Assembly (NCBI GenBank): GCA_003056265.1 | Contig: NBVN01000004.1 | Span: 150,001 to 182,000, forward strand | Direction: 5' to 3' | Origin: Zestosphaera tikiterensis | Lineage (GTDB): Archaea; Thermoproteota; Thermoprotei_A; Sulfolobales; NBVN01 | DNA: 32,000 bases | In this document: piece by piece, positions 1 through 7,686 of the stretch | Layout of the letters: the number at the start of each line of letters is the position of its first letter | How positions within the stretch are numbered: position 1 is the stretch's first letter | Notes under the pieces: generated by a model | Told to the model about the DNA's origin: nothing | Database searches by the model: none | Seen by the model: the letters and a program-made list of their open reading frames with translations, nothing else | Program-made: the position numbers and the translations under genes

Positions 1-305
1 ATATTTATGTTTAGGGAGTTCGCCAACTGTTTAATTACTTGATAATCTCTGCTAGCGTCTAAACTTATTAAAGACTCAACAAACCTCCTTAAGAACCTAA
101 CCCCAGGTGATCTCCTACCCTTCTCATAATCGCTGATTACTGAAGCGCTAACACCCATTAAAACACCTATCTCCTGCTGAGTTAGCTTGAAGGTTTCACG
201 CCACCGCCTAAGTGCGGCACCGCAATCCCTACTCATAGCGATGTCTCCAGCTATGCGTTGAGCTATTAACTCAATCACATACTTACTAATAGGCAGAGCG
301 TTCAC
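1..305 (-). CDS. HTH_3/XRE-type transcriptional regulator, N-terminal part (3' end outside window)
   Basis: My own minus-strand translation from GTG at 305 gives VNALPISKYVIELIAQRIAGDIAMSRDCGAALRRWRETFKLTQQEIGVLMGVSASVISDYEKGRRSPGVRFLRRFVESL... The LTQQEIG..VS.SVISDYEKGRR segment is a classic HTH_3 signature (archaeal COG1395-like). An in-frame stop lies upstream at 324-326. It is absent from the ORF track because it runs off the window edge. Confidence 0.6.
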   Translation of the reverse strand, partial: MNALPISKYVIELIAQRIAGDIAMSRDCGAALRRWRETFKLTQQEIGVLMGVSASVISDYEKGRRSPGVRFLRRFVESLISLDASRDYQVIKQLANSLNIN

Positions 306-391
306 ACCATTTAAATAGGGTAGTTAAAACTAAAAACTTTAACTTAGGTGGTTAACCCAAAATAGTTAATTGGATGCGTTAACAGCGGTAG

Positions 392-1792
392 CTACTTAAT
401 AGGCCATTTAACTTCAGGATCTACACAGATCCCAACCCTATTAAACAGTTCTCGCGCTCTTACATCAACTTCCTTAAGTACTTCCTCCTCATCAAGTGTT
501 AAGACTTTCCTATCTCTCATAACGACTCTACCGTCTATTATCACGTCGTTTACGTCGTCCCCATGAGCTGCGAATACGATGTGGGAGATTGGGTCGTTCA
601 TAGGCATTAGCCTAGGGTTCCAATAATCTACGGTTATCATATCTGCTTTCTTACCTACCTCTATAGAGCCTATTAAGTCTTCCAACCCTAAAGCTTTAGC
701 ACCTCTTAAAGTAGCCATCTCAAGAACTTCCTCAGCTCTTAAAGCTTCAGGATCTTCTTTAAAACCGTTTTGAAGTATGGTAGCTATCTTCATCTCCTCA
801 ATTAAGTCGTAGTTGTCGTTGCTGGGCCCGCCATCCGTACCTAAAGCTACGTTAACGCCTGCTTTAAGCATGTCTGAAACTCTAGCTATGCCTGAGCCTA
901 ACTTACCGTTGCTTGATGGGTTATGGCTTACGTTGGTTTTCGTTTTGGAGAGTATCCCTATCTCCTCGTCAGTTACCCAAACAACATGTACTAAAACTAC
1001 GTTAGAACCGACTAAACCCAACCATTTAACGAACTCAACAGGTTTCATACCGAATTTCTTAAGGGTGTATTCAACGTCTTCCTTAACTTCAGCTAAGTGC
1101 ATAGTTATGCCTGTGTTTAACTCCTTAGCTTTAGCTACTATCTCCCTATAAAGTTCTACACTCGCAGCCCCTGGAGTTCTAGGGCCGAACCAAACGTATA
1201 TCCTCCCTTCCTTACCGTGGTATTTATTATACAGTCTTAAAACATCACTCATGCTGTACTCACCACTTTCAATAAGTCCTTTATGTAAAGCCCCCTCCTC
1301 TAAAGCATAGCCTGTTAAATCCATTACATGCCTAGCGACCGCAGCCCTTAAACCTGAGTTAAGTATTGCTTCAATTATCCTGTCGGGGCCATACCTACCC
1401 ACGAGTCCGGTCTCTAAGAACGTTGTCGTGCCTGATTTAATCATCTCAAGCATTGTTAGCTTAGCTGCGGCTAAAGCCTCGTCTTCAGTCATGTTGCCTT
1501 GAAGAGGCCATACCCTATCCTTAAGCCATGGTATTAACCTTCTGTAGTTAGCGCAGGCTTTAAGCATTCCTTGAACTAAGTGGACGTGTGTGTTGATTAA
1601 TCCAGGCATTACTATATGTTTTGAGGCGTTTATCTCCTCCTTAGCTTTACCGCGGTAGTCTTTATCCAGTTCAGAACACTTACCTACGGCTACGATAACC
1701 CCTGAATCAACTGCTACGCAACCGTCTTTTAAAACAAGCCTTTCTTTATTCATAGTTATGACAAACTTACCTCTAACGTATATATCTACCAA
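392..1792 (-). CDS. Metal-dependent amidohydrolase, nucleoside/nucleobase deaminase family (MTA/SAH- or guanine-deaminase-like, COG0402 type)
   Basis: 466-aa ORF. It has the N-terminal beta-sandwich, then the PGLINTHVHLVQ metal-binding HxH motif, and later GTDG and HG..D-type motifs typical of this superfamily. Confidence 0.85.
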   Translation of the reverse strand: MVDIYVRGKFVITMNKERLVLKDGCVAVDSGVIVAVGKCSELDKDYRGKAKEEINASKHIVMPGLINTHVHLVQGMLKACANYRRLIPWLKDRVWPLQGNMTEDEALAAAKLTMLEMIKSGTTTFLETGLVGRYGPDRIIEAILNSGLRAAVARHVMDLTGYALEEGALHKGLIESGEYSMSDVLRLYNKYHGKEGRIYVWFGPRTPGAASVELYREIVAKAKELNTGITMHLAEVKEDVEYTLKKFGMKPVEFVKWLGLVGSNVVLVHVVWVTDEEIGILSKTKTNVSHNPSSNGKLGSGIARVSDMLKAGVNVALGTDGGPSNDNYDLIEEMKIATILQNGFKEDPEALRAEEVLEMATLRGAKALGLEDLIGSIEVGKKADMITVDYWNPRLMPMNDPISHIVFAAHGDDVNDVIIDGRVVMRDRKVLTLDEEEVLKEVDVRARELFNRVGICVDPEVKWPIK

Positions 1793-1867
1793 ACAACCAC
1801 CTAGTTAATATCGCTGAAATTCAATAATATTTATTTATTCACTTAAGCAAGTTAAGTTAAGAGTGGT

Positions 1868-3697
1868 ATGTTTATGAAACCACGTAAGTTATTAAGAAGA
1901 AGCTTCACGATTGAAACACTTAAGAATTTAGTTAAAGCTGCTAAGGGAGAATTGAAATCAACTTTAATCTTAAGGAACGCCAACTTAGTTGACGTTGTTT
2001 TAGGGGATATTAGAGAGAAGGTCAACATAGCTGTTTGGAACGGCTACGTAGTTCGAGTGGGTTATTTCGACGTGGATAGGTATAGAGGTGATGAAACGTT
2101 GGTTATGGACGTAAGCGACGCTGAAGCCGTGGTTCCGGGGTTTATAGACCCGCATGTGCATATAGAGTCTTCACTACTTAAGGTTAGTGAGTTTTCAAAG
2201 CTGGCTTTAATTAACGGAACCACTACGGTTGTTGCCGACCCGCATGAGATAGCGAATGTATTAGGTGTTGAAGGGGTTAAGGCTTTCATCGAGGAGTCTA
2301 GGCAAACGCCTTTAAGGCTGTTTTTCTACGTGCCTTCATGCGTGCCTCCAACAAAGCTTGAGTTCGGTAAAGCAGCTACGTTAACCGTGGATGACGTGAG
2401 GGAGTTGATGAAGTATGAGGAGGTCATAGGGTTGGGGGAGGTCATGGATTTCATCTCCGTGATTAACGCCGACGACGAAATACTTGAGAAGATCTCCATA
2501 GCTAAAGCAGCCGGTAAAGTAGTTGATGGGCACGCCCCTCAACTACCGGAGGAGATGCTTATCCCGTATATAGTGGCTGGTGTGGAGGCAGATCACGAGT
2601 CCGTGTATTTAGAGGAAGCACTTAATAAGTTGAGGAACGGCATGCGTGTTTTAATGAGGGAGGGGAGTGCGTGGAGGGATGTGGAGGAGCTTTCTAAGAT
2701 ATTGACTTACATGCGTATAAACACTAGATACTTAAGTTTCGCAAGCGATGATTTGGAAGTTACTGACATGGTTGAGAACGGGCATATGAATAGGATTTTA
2801 AGGAGGGCTGTGTCCTTAGGTGTGGATCCAATAACGGCTGTTCAGATGGCGACGTTAAACACGGCTGAGTACTTAGGGCTTAAGGAGTTGGGTGCTGTGA
2901 CGCCCGGTAGGTTAGCTGATTTAGTTGTTCTTAAGTCTTTCAGGATGTTTCACGTTAAGGATGTTGTGGTTAGTGGGGAGTTGGTGGTTAAGGACGGTTC
3001 CTACGTTTTTAAGGATGGTGTTAAGTATGAATACCCTGAGAAATTCTTCAAGTCTTTAAAGGTTGGTAAGGTGTTAAGCGTTAACGACTTTAAAGTTAAA
3101 GCCCCTATTAAGGAAGGTTACGTTAATTACCTAGTTATTAAGGCGGTACCGGGTAAAGCAGTAACTAAGTCTGAAGTTGTTAAACTCCCCGTTAGGGATG
3201 GGTGGGTTTCCCTACCTACTGAAGGGGATTATGCTTACGTAGCGGTTATTGAAAGACATAAAGGTAGTGGTGAGGTCGGCGTTACTGTAGTTAAGGGGTT
3301 GGGTCTTTTAAGGGGTGCTTTAGCTCAAACCATAGCTCACGACGTACATAACATAGTAGTCGTTGGTAAGACAGCTGAGGAGATGCTCTTAGCGGTTAAC
3401 GAATTGATTAGGGTTGGTGGGGGTATGGTGGCGGTTTTAAACGGTGTTTCAATAGCCTCGGTGGAACTCCCTATAGCTGGTTTAATCTCAAACGAGCCTT
3501 ACGATCAGGTCTACGCCAAAGTTAAGAAGTTTAGCGAGTCGGTTAAGGCTTTAGGGACTTCCTTCCACTCAATATTTATGACGATATCCCTACTTTCACT
3601 TCCGGTGATTCCGGAATTAAGGATTACTGAGAAGGGGGTTGTTGACGTGTTAAGCGGTAAAGTCATCAACCCTATATTAAGCTTCGAGGGTAGTTAA
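1868..3697 (+). CDS. ade: Adenine deaminase
   Basis: 609-aa ORF with the PGFIDPHVHIESS signature characteristic of adenine deaminases (compare GxIDxHxHIESS). Its length fits the family. It is divergent from the 392-1792 gene across an A/T-rich promoter region. The start could be ATG 1868 or ATG 1874. Confidence 0.85.
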   Translation: MFMKPRKLLRRSFTIETLKNLVKAAKGELKSTLILRNANLVDVVLGDIREKVNIAVWNGYVVRVGYFDVDRYRGDETLVMDVSDAEAVVPGFIDPHVHIESSLLKVSEFSKLALINGTTTVVADPHEIANVLGVEGVKAFIEESRQTPLRLFFYVPSCVPPTKLEFGKAATLTVDDVRELMKYEEVIGLGEVMDFISVINADDEILEKISIAKAAGKVVDGHAPQLPEEMLIPYIVAGVEADHESVYLEEALNKLRNGMRVLMREGSAWRDVEELSKILTYMRINTRYLSFASDDLEVTDMVENGHMNRILRRAVSLGVDPITAVQMATLNTAEYLGLKELGAVTPGRLADLVVLKSFRMFHVKDVVVSGELVVKDGSYVFKDGVKYEYPEKFFKSLKVGKVLSVNDFKVKAPIKEGYVNYLVIKAVPGKAVTKSEVVKLPVRDGWVSLPTEGDYAYVAVIERHKGSGEVGVTVVKGLGLLRGALAQTIAHDVHNIVVVGKTAEEMLLAVNELIRVGGGMVAVLNGVSIASVELPIAGLISNEPYDQVYAKVKKFSESVKALGTSFHSIFMTISLLSLPVIPELRITEKGVVDVLSGKVINPILSFEGS

Positions 3698-3698
3698 C

Positions 3699-5045
3699 TT
3701 GCTTACGTTGATTAAAAACGTTAAGTTAGTGCTTCACGGAAATGAAGTTACTGAAGCTTCTATAGTGGTTGAAGACGGTAAAGTAGGTGCTGTAGTTAAA
3801 ACCTACGACTACTTAAGTAAGTACGATACTGTTGTAGACGGTTCAGGGCTTTTAGCGATCCCCGGAGGTATAGACATCCACGCCCATATTCACGACCCTC
3901 AGTACCTACATCATGAAGACTTCGAAAGCGGTAGCGTAGCCGCTCTATATGGAGGTATAACGACGTTTTTCGACATGCCTTTACGTACTTACGTTGAGGA
4001 TAGGCAGTCCCTAGAGGTTAAGGTAGATGCCGGTCTTAAAATGTCTTACGTAAACTTCAGCGTTATTGCTGGGATGATGAATGAGAGGAACGTTTCTAAA
4101 GTCCCCGTACTTAGGGATTTAGGTGTTAAAGCCTTCAAAACTTTTACGTGTAGGCCCTTCAAACCTGAAAGCGATGGAGGTCTAGCTTTAGTTTTAAGTG
4201 AGGTTAGTAGGTACGGAGGGGTTAACGTAATACATGCTGAGGACGACTCCATACCTGAGTACTTAATGAGTAAGTTTAGAGGTGAGGGTAGGAACGACCC
4301 CCTAGCCTACCATGAATCAAGACCCGACGTTGTTGAGGGGATAGCACTTAATAAAGTTTTAAGCTTGACTTCCTTCTTAAACGTTAAGGAGGGGGTGCAC
4401 ATAGCTCATTTATCCTCCGCTTTAGGACTTAAGGAAATAGTTAAAGCTAAATCCGAAGGAATCAACGTAACTTCCGAAGTAACGCCGCATCATCTATTCT
4501 TCACTAAAGAAGACGTTAAGAAGTTAGGTAACTACCTTAAATTAGCTCCAACGCTAAAAACGAGGGATGACGTCATGGCTTTATGGCAAGGCTTAGCCAG
4601 GGGTTTCATAGAGTCCGTGGCTTCAGATCACGCCCCAGCCACTAAAGAAGAGAAGGAGGTAGATACGTGGAGTGCGTGGGGCGGCATACCGAATTTGGAG
4701 ACTATGCTACCTTTAGTTTTTACGTTAGGTTTTAAGAAGTTAAGCTTACTAACTTTAAAGAGGTTTATAGAGGTAACTTCAGAAAACCCAGCTAAGATTA
4801 TGGGTTTATACCCTGCTAAAGGGTCTTTAAGTGTGGGTTCCGACGCGGATATAACGCTTCTTGACGTAAATAAATGCTTTAAAGTTAAAGCGGATGCTCT
4901 CCATCATAAAGTCGATTGGACGCCATACGAAGGTGTTGAGATGTGTGGATGGCCTAGGAAAGTCTTCGTGAATGGTTTACTAGTTTTAGATGAGGGTAAC
5001 GTAATAACGGAGAATAGAAAACCTAAATATTTAAGGATAGTTTAA
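3699..5045 (+). CDS. Cyclic amidohydrolase (dihydropyrimidinase/allantoinase/dihydroorotase family)
   Basis: 448-aa ORF with the motifs PGGIDIHAHI, GGITTFFDMP, AFKTF (candidate carboxylated Lys), HAED and SDHAP. The TTG start lies 1 nt after the ade stop, which suggests translational coupling. Confidence 0.8.
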   Translation: MLTLIKNVKLVLHGNEVTEASIVVEDGKVGAVVKTYDYLSKYDTVVDGSGLLAIPGGIDIHAHIHDPQYLHHEDFESGSVAALYGGITTFFDMPLRTYVEDRQSLEVKVDAGLKMSYVNFSVIAGMMNERNVSKVPVLRDLGVKAFKTFTCRPFKPESDGGLALVLSEVSRYGGVNVIHAEDDSIPEYLMSKFRGEGRNDPLAYHESRPDVVEGIALNKVLSLTSFLNVKEGVHIAHLSSALGLKEIVKAKSEGINVTSEVTPHHLFFTKEDVKKLGNYLKLAPTLKTRDDVMALWQGLARGFIESVASDHAPATKEEKEVDTWSAWGGIPNLETMLPLVFTLGFKKLSLLTLKRFIEVTSENPAKIMGLYPAKGSLSVGSDADITLLDVNKCFKVKADALHHKVDWTPYEGVEMCGWPRKVFVNGLLVLDEGNVITENRKPKYLRIV

Positions 5046-5052
5046 AACCTTC

Positions 5053-5295
5053 TTAAACAACTACAGGTATCTTCGCCTTCCTCAACAACTCCCTAAAGTC
5101 TTCTAAATCAAGTCCGGAGAAGTACGCTGCCCTCCTGATGTCTCCCGTCTCTATATAGTATTTTAAAGCCGCTTTAATTTTAGGGGGTTGCTTCTCTATG
5201 AAATCCCAATCAGCATGCTCCTTTCTAATTCTTCTAGCCTCCTCCTCTAACTCAACCCACTTTTTCTTTTTCATTGTTACCTCATCTTCACCCAC
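5053..5295 (-). CDS. UPF0175-like small antitoxin-type protein (copy 1)
   Basis: The C-terminal segment ALKYYIETGDIRRAAYFSGLDLEDFRELLRKAKIPV matches the UPF0175 pattern (...G.is.g.AA.laG.s...F..ll...gIp). The start overlaps the PIN-like stop by 8 nt (GTGGGTGA). An alternative ATG lies at 5274. Confidence 0.6.
   Translation of the reverse strand: MGEDEVTMKKKKWVELEEEARRIRKEHADWDFIEKQPPKIKAALKYYIETGDIRRAAYFSGLDLEDFRELLRKAKIPVVV
5147..5215. repeat. 69-bp perfect direct repeat, copy 1 (inside UPF0175-like gene 1)
   Basis: gtctctatatagtattttaaagccgctttaattttagggggttgcttctctatgaaatcccaatcagca is identical to 5929-5997. The flanking bases differ on both sides. Confidence 0.95.
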
Positions 5296-5845
5296 AGATC
5301 CTCCCCTTAATTAATTCTAATGCGTTTGTTAAATCTCTCCTAGGGAAGAAATGCCGAGTATCTTCTTCGTAGGCTTTAAATAATGTGTTTAACTCATTAC
5401 AACTTACTTTAAACATACCTTCGATGACGGCAGCCGTCAAGATCTCAAGAGCTCTCCAAACTACGACGTCTTTATAAGGAGTTATGAAGTCTACAGCCAT
5501 TATAGCCCCTCTATTTTCCGTTAAGACGACATACCCTCTCCTCCTACCTATGACTAAGCATAAAGCTTCAGGAAGGTCCACAGGGATTAAACTTCTAAGC
5601 TTTCTTGACTCTTCAGTAAGTTTCCTAGCTTCCTCAAGCTCTTCTGAAGTTTCCGTGTAGATGGACATATTACCTGAAGCTAGAGCTGAAGCAACCCACT
5701 CTACGGTTCTTTCAGATTTAATCTCTTTTAAAACTGATTCACTCACATATACAATATTAAATAACTTAAACATTAAGTCTCTATATCTGAAGCGAGCCCA
5801 ATCAATTATAAAGCAGGTGTCGGCTATAGCGAACCTAACAGACAT
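5288..5845 (-). CDS. PIN-like (DUF3368/COG2405-type) predicted nuclease/toxin
   Basis: 185-aa ORF. It has an N-terminal acidic-residue strand (IADTCFIID), a central PEALCLV segment, and LTENRGA in the position of the family DDxxAR motif. It is flanked on both sides by UPF0175-like ORFs with overlapping start and stop codons. Confidence 0.55.
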   Translation of the reverse strand: MSVRFAIADTCFIIDWARFRYRDLMFKLFNIVYVSESVLKEIKSERTVEWVASALASGNMSIYTETSEELEEARKLTEESRKLRSLIPVDLPEALCLVIGRRRGYVVLTENRGAIMAVDFITPYKDVVVWRALEILTAAVIEGMFKVSCNELNTLFKAYEEDTRHFFPRRDLTNALELIKGRICG

Positions 5846-6065
5846 TAGGTATCTTAGCCCTCACTCTAAGCTCGTTAAACTCATCAACAGTTAAACCAGC
5901 TATTCTTGAAGCCACGTACATATCGCCAGTCTCTATATAGTATTTTAAAGCCGCTTTAATTTTAGGGGGTTGCTTCTCTATGAAATCCCAATCAGCACAC
6001 TCCCTTCTAACCCTCTTAGCTTCATCGACATCCTCACGAGAAACCTTAGCCCTAAGGATCAACAC
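5835..6065 (-). CDS. UPF0175-like small antitoxin-type protein (copy 2)
   Basis: 76 aa. It shares the identical block ADWDFIEKQPPKIKAALKYYIETGD with copy 1. Its stop overlaps the PIN-like ATG by 11 nt. Confidence 0.6.
   Translation of the reverse strand: MLILRAKVSREDVDEAKRVRRECADWDFIEKQPPKIKAALKYYIETGDMYVASRIAGLTVDEFNELRVRAKIPNVC
5929..5997. repeat. 69-bp perfect direct repeat, copy 2 (inside UPF0175-like gene 2)
   Basis: Base-for-base identical to 5147-5215, offset 782 bp. Confidence 0.95.
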
Positions 6066-6239
6066 TCACCACAATAAAATTCCTACACTAACTATTAAAC
6101 TTTTTAAATATCTTCAAACTGTAGCTAAAACCCTGCGTCTTCTTTAAAGTAGAGTAAATTCACTTCCAATAATAATATAGTTAATAGCTAACGATTATAA
6201 CTTAAGAGGAGGTTAGGAGGTTGTTATGTAGGGTGTGGC

Positions 6240-6433
6240 TTGGGTTACGTTAAGGTTAAAGCTAGGGTGTGGTGTTTAGAAAGCGGTGTTTCTAAGGAGG
6301 TATCCTTGCTTGCTGATATTGGAGCTATATATACTACCCTCCCAAGTAGTTTCCTAAAAGAGCTTGGTGTTAAACCAATGGACGTTAGGAAGTTTAAGTT
6401 AGCGAATAGCAGGATTGTTGAGAAGGAAGTAGG
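6240..6433 (+). pseudogene. Retropepsin-like (clan AA) small aspartyl protease, 5' fragment of an insertion-disrupted gene
   Basis: MGYVKVKARVW...VSLLADIGAIYTTLPSSFLKELGVKP...ANSRIVEKEVG matches the archaeal small aspartyl protease pattern (vDTGA..t.lP). After about 6433 the reading frame runs into unrelated element sequence and stops at 6479. Confidence 0.7.
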
Positions 6434-6464
6434 GTACGGGAGTAGTTTCTTGTTTGTAGGTTTT

Positions 6465-7481
6465 TCAAGGTCTCTGTAGGCTCCTTAATGCTCTTAGTGC
6501 CACTATGTATGCTGATGCTGTGTGAATATCTAGTCCTAGGTCTTCAGCTACTATTCGAGCAGATATTGAACTATAAAAGCTGGGTTTATTTTAATTAGTT
6601 TTTCATGAACCTTAGGAACTAACACCTCCATTTGCTGAATAAACTCTCTTAAAGCCATTTTAGTTTGCTTCCTCTTAGCAGTCTTGATTCCCTTTGGCTC
6701 CGGCCTAGAGAGCTTTTCAATAGCGTAATATCCTACTCCATGCTCTCTAGCATACTTTACTAGCCTGGCAATAGCTTCCTGCCTAATAGCTTTAGCGTTC
6801 TCTTTGAGGAAACCATGAGATGTAACCTCAGGAAAGTGTTCATTTTTAATATCCCTAATGATGCCTTTCCTATCTATTATGACCATACATACCCTACCAG
6901 GGTTAAAATCAAAACCCGCTATGTGTCCTACTATTTTAGCTTTTGTCTTCTTTCCTATGTATTTGGTGTAAAGTTCGAGAGGAACACTTACATGTATTTC
7001 AAAGCATTTGCTCTTTAAATAGATTCCTGCTCCATACGTGATGTTGGAGGCTATTAGCTCCTGTATTATGGGTATGTATTTCCTACCGAATTTAGCCTTG
7101 GCGATTATCCATCTATGCCTGCCGGATGCCGATGGAATCTTAATCTTAACAATATCTGATGAAACGAATTTTATATTCCTATTTACTTTTTTCGTCTTTG
7201 CTTCCTACCGAGAATAACTGTGGCTTTTTAAGCTTAAGATATGGTTGCTCTCTATATAGTCTAGCTCTTTTATATGCTGAGTAGGAGTACCATTTGTTAT
7301 TCAATATCCTCGATGTAAGTAGCTTGACAATTTCATTTTCTTTTACTCCTTTCCTCATTAATGAGTGAGCATACTCTACTGCATCTTTAAAATTCCTCAT
7401 AACGTATAGGAGAAGACCTCTATCTTCAGGTGAAGAAACTATGAGCCTACCTTTAATTGTTGGCTTTATTTCTTTCTCCAT
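6465..7481 (-). pseudogene. TnpB/IS605-OrfB-like RuvC-fold protein lacking the zinc-ribbon, broken by two 1-nt homopolymer frameshifts
   Basis: Three minus-strand frame segments join into a ~340-aa protein. Segment 1 is 7481-7179 (MEKEIKPTIKGRLIVSSPEDRGLLLYVMRNFKDAVEYA...). Segment 2 is ~7190-6551 (...IKIPSASGRHRWIIAKAKFG...VGHIAGFDFNPGRVCMVIIDRKG...YYAIEKL...KINPAF). Segment 3 is ~6575-6465 (YSSISARIVAEDLGLDIHTASAYIVALRALRSLQRP*). Candidate RuvC acidic residues sit in GFDFN, AIEKL and GLDIH. There are no Cys pairs between NPAF and LDIH, where TnpB normally has CxxC...CxxC. The shifts occur at an A6 run (~7185-7190) and a T4 run (~6580). Confidence 0.6.
6468..6480. repeat. Left subterminal inverted-repeat core of the element
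   Basis: AGGTCTCTGTAGG. Its reverse complement matches 7807-7819 at 12/13 positions. TGTAGG also occurs at 6454-6459. Confidence 0.7.
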
Positions 7482-7624
7482 TTCTCAACTACCATCCTAT
7501 CATTCTCCTCATCATAATAAACAATTAGCTTATCACCTTCTTTCAATCCCATCCTTTCAGCAACCTCTCTCGGTATAGTCATTCTCAGCTTAGGAAGTAC
7601 CCTATAGACACCCACTAATTCCAT
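7466..7624 (-). CDS. AbrB/SpoVT-type (looped-hinge helix) small DNA-binding protein
   Basis: My own translation gives MELVGVYRVLPKLRMTIPREVAERMGLKEGDKLIVYYDEENDRMVVEKWRKK* (52 aa). The ...MTIPREVAERMGLKEGDKL.V segment is the SpoVT/AbrB signature. It overlaps the TnpB-like ATG (7481) by 16 nt. A TATATAAA box lies ~20 nt upstream, so the transcript may be leaderless; an alternative GTG start lies at 7615. Not in the ORF track because it is under 60 aa. Confidence 0.6.
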   Translation of the reverse strand: MELVGVYRVLPKLRMTIPREVAERMGLKEGDKLIVYYDEENDRMVVEKWRKK

Positions 7625-7640
7625 AGTATCCCCAGAAACA

Positions 7641-7664
7641 TTTATATACCTCTAGATATATAAA
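7641..7664. promoter_or_regulatory. Palindromic bidirectional TATA element inside the insertion element
   Basis: The sequence is TTTATATA-CCTCTAGA-TATATAAA. The 8-bp arms are perfect inverted repeats, so a TATATAAA box faces each direction. One faces the AbrB/TnpB-like operon on the minus strand. The other faces the GC-rich segment 7687-7845 on the plus strand. Confidence 0.55.
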
Positions 7665-7686
7665 TTTAGTGGTACTCTCAACCCTG

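Noticed and set aside
813-4252. Track ORFs 813-1151(+), 2062-2289(-) and 4046-4252(-)
   Set aside because: They lie antisense within well-supported amidohydrolase genes. Their composition is low-complexity Ser/Thr/Leu/Pro typical of shadow frames, and they have no motifs.
5661-5894. Track ORF 5661-5894(+)
   Set aside because: It is an antisense shadow of the PIN-like and UPF0175-like genes and has no recognisable features.
6551-7018. Track ORFs 6551-6886(-) and 6815-7018(+) treated as independent genes
   Set aside because: 6551-6886 is only the middle frame segment of the frameshifted TnpB-like gene. 6815-7018 is its antisense shadow.
7179-7195. Programmed ribosomal frameshift at the A6 run in the TnpB-like gene
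   Set aside because: The downstream frame is +1 relative to the upstream frame, and the run is not in the X XXY YYZ register for -1 slippage. A second independent shift exists at a T4 run. A mutational or sequencing indel is the simpler explanation.
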